Assembly: GCA_039096225.1 (NCBI GenBank)
Contig: JBBPEB010000034.1
Coordinates: 682,001 to 746,000 of the forward strand
Direction: 5' to 3'
Length of the DNA stretch: 64,000 bases
DNA from: Blastocystis sp. Blastoise
Taxonomy: Eukaryota > Protista > Bigyra: Opalinata
How positions within the stretch are numbered: position 1 is the first letter of the stretch; the number at the start of each line of letters is the position of its first letter. The notes under the pieces were generated by a model that made no database searches, was not told the origin of the DNA, and was given only the letters and a program-made list of their open reading frames with translations. Below are positions 1 to 13,008 of this stretch, piece by piece. Position numbers and translations under genes: made by a program.

Positions 1-2
1 CA

Positions 3-1550
3 TCTCCTTCTTCTCCTTTCCTTACTTCAGCTACACTTCTTGCTAAAGATTCTCGTCTCTCCTTTGCTAATAATACTGCTTATCCTAAGAATGAAACAGA
101 ATTCCGTAAAGTAAGTGATAAATGGCCTGTTCTTACCTTCACTTTCGACTTTGGTACAATCAATGAGTCACCTCTTGAACAGTATATGGTAGCCTCTTAT
201 GATGTCATTTATGGTATGCATTACTTTGGCTCAAACTTCATTCCCTATTGGAAACATCTCTATAATGATATGAATACACTTCTCATCAAGAATGCTCATC
301 TCAATAAAGCAGAAAACTATAAATTAATGGAACAATTCGATAATGATCTTATGGAGAAAATTTATAAGAAAGTACCTAATGATGAATATCTTACTATGAC
401 CACTCTTGTCTACAGACAAGTATATAACACTTATATACATTACTATTATTACATTAATATATAATTATATATTTATTTTTATTATTCTTATCATCTATTA
501 TATATATATATATATATATAGGTCACAGGAGGAATGGAGATTGTATGGAATCACATAGAAGAAAAGTCTTGGATTTTTATGAAAGAAATCTCTTCAAATG
601 GTGCTGATGGTGGTGATATTTCAACTGTTGATGTTATTTATCCTGCTGTTCCTCTCTTCCTATTCCTTGCTCCTAAAACATTCAAACAAATACTCTATCC
701 TGTCCTTGAATATTCTAATGTAGAAACTGCTAAATATGGGTATTCTAATCCTTATGATTATGAATGGGCTCCTCATCATATTGGTTCTTGGCCTATTGCC
801 AATATCAAACAAGAAGATCAAGAAAATATGCCTGTTGAAGAAACTGGTAATATGCTTCAATTAGTCCTTGCTATTGTACAACGTACAGATAATGATCTTG
901 AATGGCTTAAGAACTATTGGCCTCTTCTTAAGAAATGGGCGGATTACTTAGTTAAATTCCTTCCTGATCCTGGTAACCAATTATGTACCGATGATTTCAT
1001 GGGTGCTTCTCCTCATAATATTAACTTAGCTATTAAAGGTATTGTTGGTCTTGGTGCTTACGCTGAATTAATGAAAGTCAAAGGAGATAAAGAACAAGCT
1101 GATCTATATAACTCACTCACAGAATCTTATTATAAATGGTACAAAACTATGGCCTATAATAATGATCATTCTAAACTTCAATATGATCTACCTGATAGCT
1201 GGTCTCTTAAATACAATATGGTATTCCAAACTGTTCTTAATATTAATATATTCTCCAAGGAAGATATGCTTCTTGATGCTACTTATTATCATGATAAACA
1301 ACTCAATAAATGTGGTGTTCCACTTGATAGCAGAGCTACATTCACTAAGGCTGATTGGTTAATGTGGTCTGCTTGTATGGGTACTGAAGAACAATTATAT
1401 GCCATCATTCATGCCATGTATACTTTTGCTAATACTTCTCCCTCCAGAGTTCCTTTCAGTGATTGGTATCAAACTGTTGATGACTGTAAAGTTGTTGCTT
1501 TCCGTGCTAGAACTGTTATTGGTGGTATCTATATGCCTCTTTTAATGTAA
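3..1550 (+). CDS. Glutaminase GtaA-like / DUF4965-DUF1793 family protein, 5'-partial, one intron at 420-521
   Basis: The frame is open from base 3 (RKVSDKWPVLTFTFDFG). A GT-AG intron at 420-521 joins YRQ to VTGGMEIVWN. Family motifs: KEISSNG..STVDVIYP, APHHIG, MPVEETGNML, QLCTDDF, NLAIKGIVG, WSLKYN, GVPLDSRATFTKADW. Confidence 0.85.
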
Positions 1551-2228
1551 ACAGAATAATATACTCATTACTTTGTCATTGCATAATAATCTATTATATT
1601 GTTGCTTAGAATTATGGTTTCGTTGTTTTATTCAAGACTTTTATCACACAATCACATACTTTTTTTAAATGCAATCAAGAAACAATTATTTTTTTACATT
1701 TCAACACTATTTTATTAATTTAATTTATATATATATATGTTTTTTATATATCAAAGCAATTAAGTTTTTAATAATCTTCAAATGTTATAAAATATTAAGA
1801 ATAAATTCAATAATAACTGTATCTAACTTAGCATCATCTTAAATCAGTTGTTCACAAGCAAGAACTAATAAAAGTTGAGATATATTTTTAAAATGTAATT
1901 AGATTAATTCAAGGTTGTGACAATATTATTTTGAATTGAAAAATATATAAAAATATGTATGGTTGTCTTGTTAAAAAAACCAATCACTCATTTAATATGG
2001 TACTTGTCAATGTTTAATTTAAAAAAACAAATTTGAAACTTGCAAATCTTTCAATAAACCGCGAAATATCATTTTGATAAGTATTCTCATCCTATATATT
2101 ATTTTAATAATATAAAATATATTAGAATAAATAAGTATTGTGTGTAGTATTTAAAATTCAATGTATATATCTATATGATAGTTATTTATGAGTGTAATAC
2201 TGTTCTGTCTAGTTAGTTTTCTATTTTT

Positions 2229-3064
2229 ATGATGAGTAATTCCGTGAATCCTAGTGATCAACAAAATAATACTAATAAAGAATGTATATAGAAGCATTAT
2301 TAGTATTCATTTCTATTGATTTCATAGTTTTATTTCGTTTTCAAGAAGAAAACACTTGTAAAGTATCGAGTAGCTTTTTAGAAAAGCATCCTGAATGTAT
2401 TTTAAATGATTTTATTCAGATTGATGGAGAGGAAGAAGAAGATGATGGAATCTACATTGATTATACTGTTCATTATCCCGAATTATTGATATCTATTATA
2501 GAAGGAGAGTCTAGTGACACTCCTTTAGACGATACCATTGATGTATCTCTTCTAAAGAATGATTTTTTAGCATTATTTCCTGATAGAGATGGGAGAACTA
2601 GTATTGATGTGAATACTCTTAGTAAGCCTATATTTGATTATTGTTCCAAGTCAAAGGATAGTATATGTCATTGTAAGACACCTGTATATTCATGCGCTCC
2701 TACTAGTGACTCCGATACGTATCAGAATAAAATTGTAGATACCATGAACTTTCAAGATAAATATGTATATATAGTATCAGGTATATTGTTATTTTTATAT
2801 TATTATATATTATGAATCTCTATAAATATCTTTAGGACAATTAAGTGATTCAAAAATAAATGAATTGAAGCAATTACGTCGATATTTCTCGTTCTTCAAC
2901 TTTATTGCTATTTCTATTGAATGTATATTTATAGAGTTATCTTCATCATAATATTAAATATATACATATATATATAGCTACCTTTACCCTGGATCTTGAT
3001 ATAACTACAGTTGTGAATAATCAATTTTTAACTATTTTCCCTAATCTTCCTTCTCTTCATATAC

Positions 3065-3104
<40 letters not shown>

Positions 3105-5833
3105 TATAGTTCTATATTATAAGAAGAAGGATATAGATGTTCATGAAGTAGCTTTTAATTATAAAGAGAAAGAAGGTATACAATTATATATATATTCATA
3201 TTTAACTAATCAACTATTTCTATAGAAACTCACTACATATATAAAATGAAGTATATACTTTATCTAGAATTATATAAATATATATATAGTTTATATAATA
3301 TGTATAATGCTTCCTTTGTAAAATGGATTTTGAATAATCCCTATAAAGATACTATTGAAGAAGTCATTTATAGTATACTCTTTATATAACTATAGTATAA
3401 ATACTATACATATATATAGATGATTCAGATGCTATAACTCAATATATGTCGATATTTAAGAATAATTTGTATCCTTCCATCAAAAACATTCATTTCTCTT
3501 ATTGTATTATTATATATATATATATATATATATCAATCTATATGAATAGATATTATTCGAAAACAGAATATGAATTCTCTTAAAGGTACCATGAAGAAAC
3601 TCTCAGTTCCCACTGTAGAATGTCTCTCCTTTGAAAGTATACTATATATGATGCTATTACCATTTCTTATTATACTCTCATTATTTTTATATATTATCAT
3701 TATCATCCTAGATGTTCCTATTGGTCGCTACATATGTGAACGTATTCCCATGATTATTTCGTATGTTAATAATACTAGTTTTCCAAATATGAAAAGAATC
3801 TCTTTTCAAGGAGGTATATTATTTTACATCAATATTCCTATTAATATCTCTTCTATAGCTAGCTTCTATGAATCAAATGTCTTTACTTCCTGCCTTAAAA
3901 ATACTGAACTATTTGAAGAAATCAATTTAAAAGGTAATATATATACATATATAGAAGTATTTTCACAATAAGTTATTCTCTGTAATTAATAATATAGAGA
4001 TTAGTAACGATGCACTATTCAATTTCTTTGAATCTCAAAGAAATGACTTATTCCCTAATGTAAAACATATCGATATAGATAGTATATACATATATACATA
4101 TTTCTCATTAACTCTCCTTAGTGATGCCTTCTTCTATTGAATTTATTGATCTTCACGTCATACAAAAAGTCATTGATAACTATTCATTACCACCAGTAGA
4201 GAAATTATTCATAACAAGAAAATATGATTGGTTATTTTGCAGACAATCCCATAATTTCACAAACAATCGTATATATATATATATATTTGTTTATTTACTC
4301 TAAAACAATCGTTAATATTAATATCATAATATATAGAAGAACAATGGAGCTTTCTCTCCTCTTTATTCAATAGACTATCTACTTCGCTTCATGAACTCAA
4401 TATTGAAGGTAATTCTGTCTATAATAATATATATATATTATATGGTATAGAAAACATAAGTGCCACTACTATTCAAGATATGATAGAACTCTTTACTCCA
4501 CTCACTTTCACTAAACTAACAAACCTTAAACTCATCCGTATATATGTATATAAATTGATATACTCTATATATAGATAATGAGCCTATTACTTTCATGCCT
4601 TCTCTCCTCCTTTTCCTCTCTTCCTCCTCTTATCCTTCTCTTCAATCACTTACTATTCAATGTGAATCATTCAATAATCAAGTACCAACAGAGAATATTA
4701 CACTCTCTTTTGAAGATCTCAAGAAACAATCGATTCATCTTAAAATGCCTTGTTTGAAAACTCTCACATTCACAAGTAATATATGTATCATATTTATCAA
4801 TCTTTATTTCATCCTTTATCTAGAATTATATTTCAATTCAGAAAGTCTTCTTTCTACACTAACATTATTCCTCACTAGTTGTCCTTCAATGGAACAACTT
4901 ACATTTGAAAGTAATATATATATATATATATATATATAATTCATATATTATTATTATCTATATAGGTTGTGGGTTTGACAATCAATGCGATAATGCATTA
5001 TTTACTGTTGCTAAACAAGGACTTATGAAACATATTCAATATATTTATTTTGATTGTATTCAAAAAGAGTATAACAATGATACAGAATATACATCTTTTT
5101 TTATTCCACGACATTTCTGTAATCTAGAAAAAGGCCAATTGTCATCATTAAACTCATTGTACTTTTCGAGTAAATGTGTTTTATAATATTTAATATCTAT
5201 TGTGTTATATAGAATTTAAATTCACTATTGATGACTTTCAGAGTTATGTCAGTCTCTTTACTAATCATATCATTCCTTCTACTTGTTTCTCTCTCACAAT
5301 TCCAAATAAATCATATATTCGTATTCTCATATATATAATATTCATTCTATATATACTTATTACTTTACTAATTCTATATATATATCATATTTATATAGCT
5401 AAGATTATTATTCCTTCTGAAGGCATGAACTATCTTCTTGATGCCATTAAAGACAAGAAAATGGTCCACCTTACCACAATCAACTTAAAATGTATTCATT
5501 ATTAGTTATTATAGTACATAAATCTATATAATACTATGCAATTAATATTAATATAGATACATCTATATCACTCGAGAATCTAAAACGATTTATTAGTTAT
5601 TTAAATAAAGAATATCTACCAAACCTGAAATATTTCTTGATTTCATGTATATATATCTCTCTATTACTAATTTGTTTCCACTATTATCTATTTATAGTAG
5701 ATAACAATGACAAGTCAGTTAATTATATAAATCCTTTAATAGAACATATGGAATTAGTCGAATGCAAACAATTATATTATTTAATTCACTACTCACATTA
5801 TTTGAAAAAAATTGAATCAAAATATGATGTTCC

Positions 5834-5866
<33 letters not shown>

Positions 5867-6242
5867 TAATAATAATAATAATAATAATAATAATTTCTTC
5901 TTTAGAAAATCAAATAGTCAATCAAGAAATACATTGAATAAGACTGCTCGAGTTGTGACAGGAACATCAGCCGCACCTCTTGGAACAATTATCACTGATA
6001 ATAAGCGAAACATAGATAATACAGTTAATGATAATGATGATAATAGTGATAATGATAATGATGATGATGACAGTTCATCTGAAGCAGTAGATATGACAGA
6101 AGAGAAAACAAATAACGATACTAACACTAGTAATCCTGCTGTGTATAATTATGGCAAAAAGAATAAGAATAAATCGAAAAAAAACAATTGGAACCAAGGA
6201 ACGAGACGAAGAAATAATTACTGGAGATATGATTCCTCTTAA
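2229..6242 (+). CDS. Multi-exon protein with a BTB/POZ-like N-terminus, degenerate leucine-rich repeats and an Asn/Asp-rich tail
   Basis: A chain of + strand ORF pieces separated by many short GTAT..TAG introns. LRR-like segments: FPNLPSLHI, FPNMKRISF, YPSLQSLTI, MPCLKTLTF, CPSMEQLTF. ATG at 2229, TAA at 6240-6242. Boundaries approximate. Confidence 0.6.
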
Positions 6243-6648
6243 TTCATATACTTATGTCTTATTAATGACTCATATTTCGTGAATAAAAATTATTATATAT
6301 AATATATTATTTGTATAATATTCATTTCATTTTTTATATTAACATCAGTATTTTTTTTTCATTTAATAACATGTTTTGTTTCATTCCATTTTTTAAATGT
6401 TTTTTTTATGCAAGAAATTCATAACATAACTGTAAATAATATTATGATATCACATTAATAGTATTATGTAATACACAATAAGAATTACATATAATTTATT
6501 ATAAAATCAATTTATTTGTTTTCTAACATAAAACGGCTTCAACACCAATATTTAATATGTTTAAAAACACATATATTATATACACTTCTCTTTACATTCT
6601 TTCCACATTTTTCACTAATAACAAAAAAGAATAAAAATGTTTTCTAAT

Positions 6649-6700
6649 TAGAGATTCAAAAGTTTAGACAAAAATTGTGACGAGTTATCCGAGTTATGAC
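6649..6700. repeat. Degenerate hAT terminus of an older copy
   Basis: TAGAGATTCAAAAGTTTAGACAAAAATTGTGAC resembles the intact end TAGAGCGGTTCAAAAGTTGCGACAAAAGTTGCGAC. Confidence 0.4.
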
Positions 6701-6887
6701 GCTTGTATAAGTATTTATATCTGTTATATTTATTATATAATATATTGTATTATTAAATTATCAAAAAAAAAAATTAATTTGCATAAATAAATAGTAATAT
6801 AATAACAGTAAAAAAAATTGTTTAATTACTAAAAAAATTCATATATTGAATTTCTCTTTTTTTTTTTTTTTTTGTAAATCTTGTTAA

Positions 6888-8330
6888 TAGAGCGGTTCAA
6901 AAATTGCGACAAAGTAGCGACAAAGTCGCGACAAAAGTTGCGACACTTTTTAAACACTATTTTTATAAACAAAACTAATTTTTAATAATGAAAACATAAA
7001 TAAAACATATAAAATACAAATTATAAATAATTGAAGAAAAATATGAATCAAGATTGATCTCTGAAACATTACTAAAAGTAGATAAATTATCAAAAGAAAT
7101 TGATAAAATATCATCAAGAGAATCAGATAAAACACTATTTGAATTGAAATTAGAATTAAAATCGTCATTTTCATTTTCATTTGATAATATTTCATTATCA
7201 TCTATGATTGTTATTGAAGAATCATCAATTGTAGTATATATTTCATCTTCAATAATCATTGAATCATTTTGAATTGAAATAGTGTCTGTTTGTGGATTCA
7301 TATAAAAAAAAAAATCTCTAAACAAATTATCATCAGAATAACAAAATTTATTCTTTGTAAATAAAATATTCATAAAAGAGAAAGATCTTTCTACACTAAC
7401 AGTAGTAGAAGGTAATTGAATAATGAAAGGAATTATTTTAGAAATAGTAGGAATTTGTTTAAGAAGAGGAAAATATAATTTTATCATTTGTTCTTTACTT
7501 ATCATATTTTGAGGAAAACATTCATTTTATTTCTTTTCAATATCAATAAAATCTTTCATTTTTGAAACACATAATAAATAATCTTTCTTTTCAATATTTA
7601 AAAATTCAGATAAAGTGAAAGAAGGAAATGAAGAAGACATTAAAAAATGATTTTCATTATAAAATATCATTTGTTTCTTATTCATGAATTTGATTTCTTT
7701 CAATTTTAATAATGTATTCGTAAAACCTATAAAATATAAATTAATAACAATAATATACTTTTCTTATATTCTTGAATAAATGAAGATTGAACATTTGATA
7801 AATTATTTTCTTCACATATTTCATTCACTATCATAATTATATTATCTTTTGAATTCTTCAATTCTTCTTCAATTTCATCTATCAAACAACAAACATTACA
7901 ACATTGAAAATTATCATTTGATAATAATTTTAATATTTCTTCAAACATTATCCCACTCTTCAAAAGAATCGACATTTCGATTTGTAAAGAAGAAGATAAT
8001 TGATTATCTTGAAGAATATTCAATATTTCTTTATCTTTATCACTTAACATATCCAATGTTTCTAAATATTCATAGAATGATTTCAAATATTTAAAATGTT
8101 TCAAAATATATCTTAATGATTTATACCAAGATATCCATCGTGTTTCTTTAAATAAGAAAAGAAAGAAGAAGAAGGAAGATTATTTATATTAAGAAAGGAT
8201 AACCATAAATTATTTTTCTTTCTAAAGAAACGAAATGATGAATTAATGAGATTAATAAATGATTTAGTATTAATAAAACAATCTTTTAGTTTTTCAGCTA
8301 CTAAATTAATCATATGCATAAAACATCCAC
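6888..8330 (-). mobile_element. Truncated hAT copy (3' half with right TIR), inverted
   Basis: TIR TAGAGCGGTTCAAAA at 6888. The sequence is the reverse complement of 9819-11258 and encodes LPSTTVSVERSFS (hAT dimerisation motif). It stops abruptly at the TIR at 8331. Confidence 0.9.
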
Positions 8331-11258
8331 TAGAGCGGTTCAAGAGTTGCGACAAATCGAGTTGCGACAAATTTCACAACTTGTCGCAAGTTGTCACAAT
8401 TTATCGCAACTTTTTTAACCACGAATAATGGCGAGAGTACCGCGATTATTTTATTAATTTGGCAACTAATTAAGACTTGTTTAAAAAAAGAATTCAGTGT
8501 CGCAATTTGTCACAACTTTGTCACAACTTTTCATTTAAACATATATAGACCTATTTTACATTTATATAAAATATGATAATTTATGAAATCCAGAGTGGTG
8601 AATATAATAAGCATCAAGAATTATTTAAATACTTAATTCAAACAAAGAAAAACATTAAAAATACTTTTCAAAAAATCATGAATATTTTTTTTACAGTCAA
8701 AAAAATGAAATATTCACGGGACATTATTAATTTTCAGTCATTTTAAAATGTATAAATAATTGAAAGAAATCATCTCATTTTCATTAATTTATATTTCTAT
8801 ATAAATCGTTCTTTCAATATAGATTCATTCATCTATTCATAAAGTCTTCTTTAATACTCATTTCTATCAATAAATATATCATTCTAAGAATCAAAAGAAG
8901 TATATATATGTATTCATCATTCTTAATTATCTTTAGATATGGTTAAAAAAACAATGAAACAATCTAATAATCATAAATTGAAAAGAAAAGAAAAGAAGAA
9001 GTCTTCATCTACTAAGAAAAGTGAGAATGTTAGAACGAGAATCTATAAAATGAATCCAATAAGTCGTTTAACAAAAATAAAATTATCATCCACTATGAAT
9101 GAAGAAGAAAAGAAATGTTTTATATCAAAGAATAATAATCTTCGTTGTATTTATTGTAAGTGTATTGTAGATCATAAAAGATTATCTTCTATTAATAAAC
9201 ATCTCAATACTGATATGCATATTTCTAATATGAATTCATTCATGAAAGAAAAGTCTTCTACTGTATCTTCTGTAAAGAAAACTAATAATATAAAAAATAG
9301 AATTATTGAATCTAATGTGAATTATGTAAGATTTGAAAAATTAATAGAATTATTCTTGGAAGAATGTATTCCTATTAATAAATTTAAGAAACCTCAATTT
9401 AGAATGAAATTGAAAAATATATTTGAAATGAATAATAATAATATGCCATGTTATAATACTATTCAAAAACGAATTATACCTAAATTGTATAATGAACGTA
9501 TTCAATATGTAAAAATGAATTTAGATAAATGTCCTCTAGCTGTTCTATGTGATTCTTCTACTTCAGATGCTGGTTCTAATTATTTATCAATAATCGTAAG
9601 AAGATTGAATACTTTCAATTTGAATGAGCCTTTCTACTTAATAAACTTGAAAAGAATGGAAAATCAAAAATCGAATAATTATCTTTCTATCATTCAAGAT
9701 ACATTAGAAGAATGGAACATTAAAAGAAAGCAGTTTAAATCGTTTCACACTGATAACTGTAATACTATGCGAAATGCTGGTAATAATTATGTATCGATTT
9801 TTAGTGATGGTATTTATTGTGGATGTTTTATGCATATGATTAATTTAGTAGCTGAAAAACTAAAAGATGGTTTTATTAATACTAAATCATTTATTAATCT
9901 CATTAATTCATCATTTCGTTTCTTTAGAAAGAAAAATAATTTATGGTTATCCTTTCTTAATATAAATAATCTTCCTTCTTCTTCTTTCTTTTCTTATTTA
10001 AAGAAACACGATGGATATCTTGGTATAAATCATTAAGATATATTTTGAAACATTTTAAATATTTGAAATCATTCTATGAATATTTAGAAACATTGGATAT
10101 GTTAAGTGATAAAGATAAAGAAATATTGAATATTCTTCAAGATAATCAATTATCTTCTTCTTTACAAATCGAAATGTCGATTCTTTTGAAGAGTGGGATA
10201 ATGTTTGAAGAAATATTAAAATTATTATCAAATGATAATTTTCAATGTTGTAATGTTTGTTGTTTGATAGATGAAATTGAAGAAGAATTGAAGAATTCAA
10301 AAGATAATATAATTATGATAGTGAATGAAATATGTGAAGAAAATAATTTATCAAATGTTCAATCTTCATTTATTCAAGAATATAAGAAAAGTATATTTAT
10401 TGTTATTAATTTATATTTTATAGGTTTTACGAATACATTATTAAAATTGAAAGAAATCAAATTCATGAATAAGAAACAAATGATATTTTATAATGAAAAT
10501 CATTTTTTAATGTCTTCTTCATTTCCTTCTTTCACTTTATCTGAATTTTTAAATATTGAAAAGAAAGATTATTTATTATGTGTTTCAAAAATGAAAGATT
10601 TTATTGATAATGAGAAGAAATAAAATGAATGTTTTCCTCAAAATATGATAAGTAAAGAACAAATGATAAAATTATATTTTCATCTTCTTAAACAAATTCC
10701 TACTATTTCTAAAATAATTCCTTTCATTATTCAATTACCTTCTACTACTGTTAGTGTAGAAAGATCTTTCTCTTTTATGAATATTTTATTTACAAAGAAT
10801 AAATTTTGTTATTCTGATGATAATTTGTTTAGAGATTTTTTTTTTTTATATGAATCCACAAACAGACACTATTTCAATTCAAAATGATTCAATTCATATT
10901 GAAGATGAAATAGATACTACAATTAATGATTCTTCAATAACAATTGTAGATGATAATGAATCAATAACAAATGAACATGAAAATGACGATTATAATACTA
11001 ATTTCAATTCAAATAGTCTTTAATCTGATTTTTTTGGTGATATTTTTTTCTACTTTTTGTTAATTTATCTACTTTTAATAATGTTTCAGAGATCAATCTT
11101 GATTAAATTATTTCTTAACTTATTTATAATTTAATTTTTTTATGCTTTATTTATGTTTTCTTTATAAAAAATTTGTTTTGTTTATAAAAATAATGTTTAA
11201 AAAGTGTCGCAACTTTCACAACTTGTCGCAACTTTGTCGCAACTTTTGAACCGCTCTA
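8331..11258 (+). mobile_element. Full-length hAT DNA transposon, CGGBP1-like clade
   Basis: TIRs TAGAGCGGTTCAA (8331) and TTGAACCGCTCTA (ends 11258), subterminal GTTGCGACAA arrays and an internal transposase. The flanks ACATCCAC and AATTGATG do not form a TSD. Confidence 0.9.
8939..11023 (+). pseudogene. Disrupted hAT transposase
   Basis: CGGBP1-like zinc finger CIYCKCIVDHKRLSSINKHLNTDMH, catalytic-region motifs VLCDSST and FHTDN, CFMH, ETRW (in the -1 frame) and VERSFS. Lesions: frameshift near 9997, in-frame TAA at 10621, poly-T shift near 10840. Probable introns at 8900-8936 and 10391-10423. Confidence 0.85.
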
Positions 11259-11365
11259 AATTGATGTTATTTTAATTAAAAATTGAATTTAGATAAATTA
11301 AAAAAAATATTTAGAATCTTTTTGTAGCTTTTTCGTAAAATGTCGGAACTTAGTTAGAATGTCAT

Positions 11366-12978
11366 TAGAGCGGTTCAAAAGTTGCGACAAAAGTTGCGAC
11401 AAGTTGCGACAAAAGTTGCGAAAAAGTTGCGACAAGTTGCGACAAAGTTGCGACAAGTTGCGACAAGTTGCGACACTTTTTATATCTCATTTGTAAGCCA
11501 TATATTTATTATATAATAAATTTATATATATAATTATAGAGAGATTTACATGATGATTATATAAATAATTTTTAAATGAATTAAAAATAAGTTTAATACT
11601 CTTAATAAGCGTTTTAAACACTAAAAATTGAATTTTTAAAGTCAAATTTATTCTATAAATATCGTTATTTTAATCATTTTAACAATCTTTTAACGATTTT
11701 TAAAATATTATATTATTTTTATATTATAAGAATAATGTTATTAAATATAAAAAGTGAAAAATTGAATGTCATAGATAGAGCGGTTCAAAAGTTGCGACAA
11801 AAGTTACGAAAAAGTTAAGACAGTTGTGACACTTTTTATATCTCATTTGTAAGCCATATATTTATTATAAAATATATTTAAATATATAATTATAAAGATA
11901 TTTTCATGATGATTACATAAATCATTTTTAAATAAATTAATAATAAGTTTAATACCTAAAATAAGCGTTTTAAACACTAAAAAAATGAAATTTTTGAAAT
12001 TCATAAGAAAAATTCATTAGATAAATATACTTATTTTAATCATTTTAACAATCTTTTAACGATTTTAAAAATATTATATTATTTTTATATTATCAAAATA
12101 ATCTTATTTAATATAAAAAGTGAAAAAATGAATGTCATAAAAGCTTCATTGAAGATAAAATGAGCTCATTAAGTATAAAAATATTTTTAAAATGATTCAT
12201 TTCTTCATAATGAGCTAATAATGAGCTATTGATAACATATATATTCAAATAATTTCATTTCATCAAAATTCAATTTTTAACATTCTCCATCAAACATCAT
12301 ATATTGAATCATTATGATTTAAATATGTATCTATATGATAAATAAGAGCTAATTGTAATTCTATTATTCTTAATTAGATGATAAAATGAGTTGATAAAAA
12401 ATAAATCATTTCAAAAAGATCTAAAATCAATCTATTAATGAAATCATTCACATTATTAAATACTATAAATAATACAAACTATGATTTCAATTGAAAATGG
12501 ATAAATAATGCGAAGAAAAGAAAATTGAAATTCATTTGAATTTTGATTAAAAAATGTAATTTCAAAAATGAGTCAAAAATGGTTTTATCCCGTAAATAAA
12601 TCAATTTTTTGACTGGAAAAAAATTATTCAAAATATTTTGAATTCTTTCATTAATTCATTTCATATGATCTTTTCATTTTTATAAAATGAAATTTGGTAT
12701 ATATATTTGCCGATACTTAATTCATATAATGAAATATTGTATTCTATAAAATATTTAATTAAATAAATGTTTAAATGAAAAGTTGTGACAAAGTTGTGAC
12801 AAATTGCGACACTGAATTCATTTTTTAAACAAGTCTTTTTTAATTGCCAAATTAATAAAATAATCACGGTACTCTCGCCATTATTGTTGGTAAAAAAAGT
12901 TGCGACAAATTGCGACAAGTTGCGACAAGTTGTGAAATTTGTCGCAACTCGATTTGTCGCAACTTTTGAACCGCTCTA
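11366..12978 (-). mobile_element. Non-autonomous hAT element with 8-bp TSD AATGTCAT and a duplicated terminal arm
   Basis: TIRs at 11366 and 12978. TSD AATGTCAT at 11358-11365 and 12979-12986. 12765-12978 is the reverse complement of the autonomous left end (8331-8545). An extra TIR at 11776 starts a second copy of the ~400-bp arm. Confidence 0.92.
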
Positions 12979-12995
12979 AATGTCATTAATCTTCT

Positions 12996-13008
12996 TTGAA
13001 CCACTCTA
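12996..13008. repeat. Degenerate hAT TIR TTGAACCACTCTA
   Basis: One mismatch to TTGAACCGCTCTA, just outside the TSD of the younger element. Confidence 0.55.

Noticed and set aside
10621-10623. In-frame TAA as evidence of stop-codon reassignment
   Set aside because: Host genes end in TAA or TGA, and the 3321-codon ORF has no internal TAA or TAG. A transposon lesion is simpler.
6880-11266. TSD for the 6888-11258 composite or the 8331-11258 element
   Set aside because: The flanks CTTGTTAA, ACATCCAC and AATTGATG do not match one another.
11366-11480. GTTGCGACAA tandem arrays as a CRISPR array or telomeric repeat
   Set aside because: There are no unique spacers. They are hAT subterminal repeats directly inside the TIRs.
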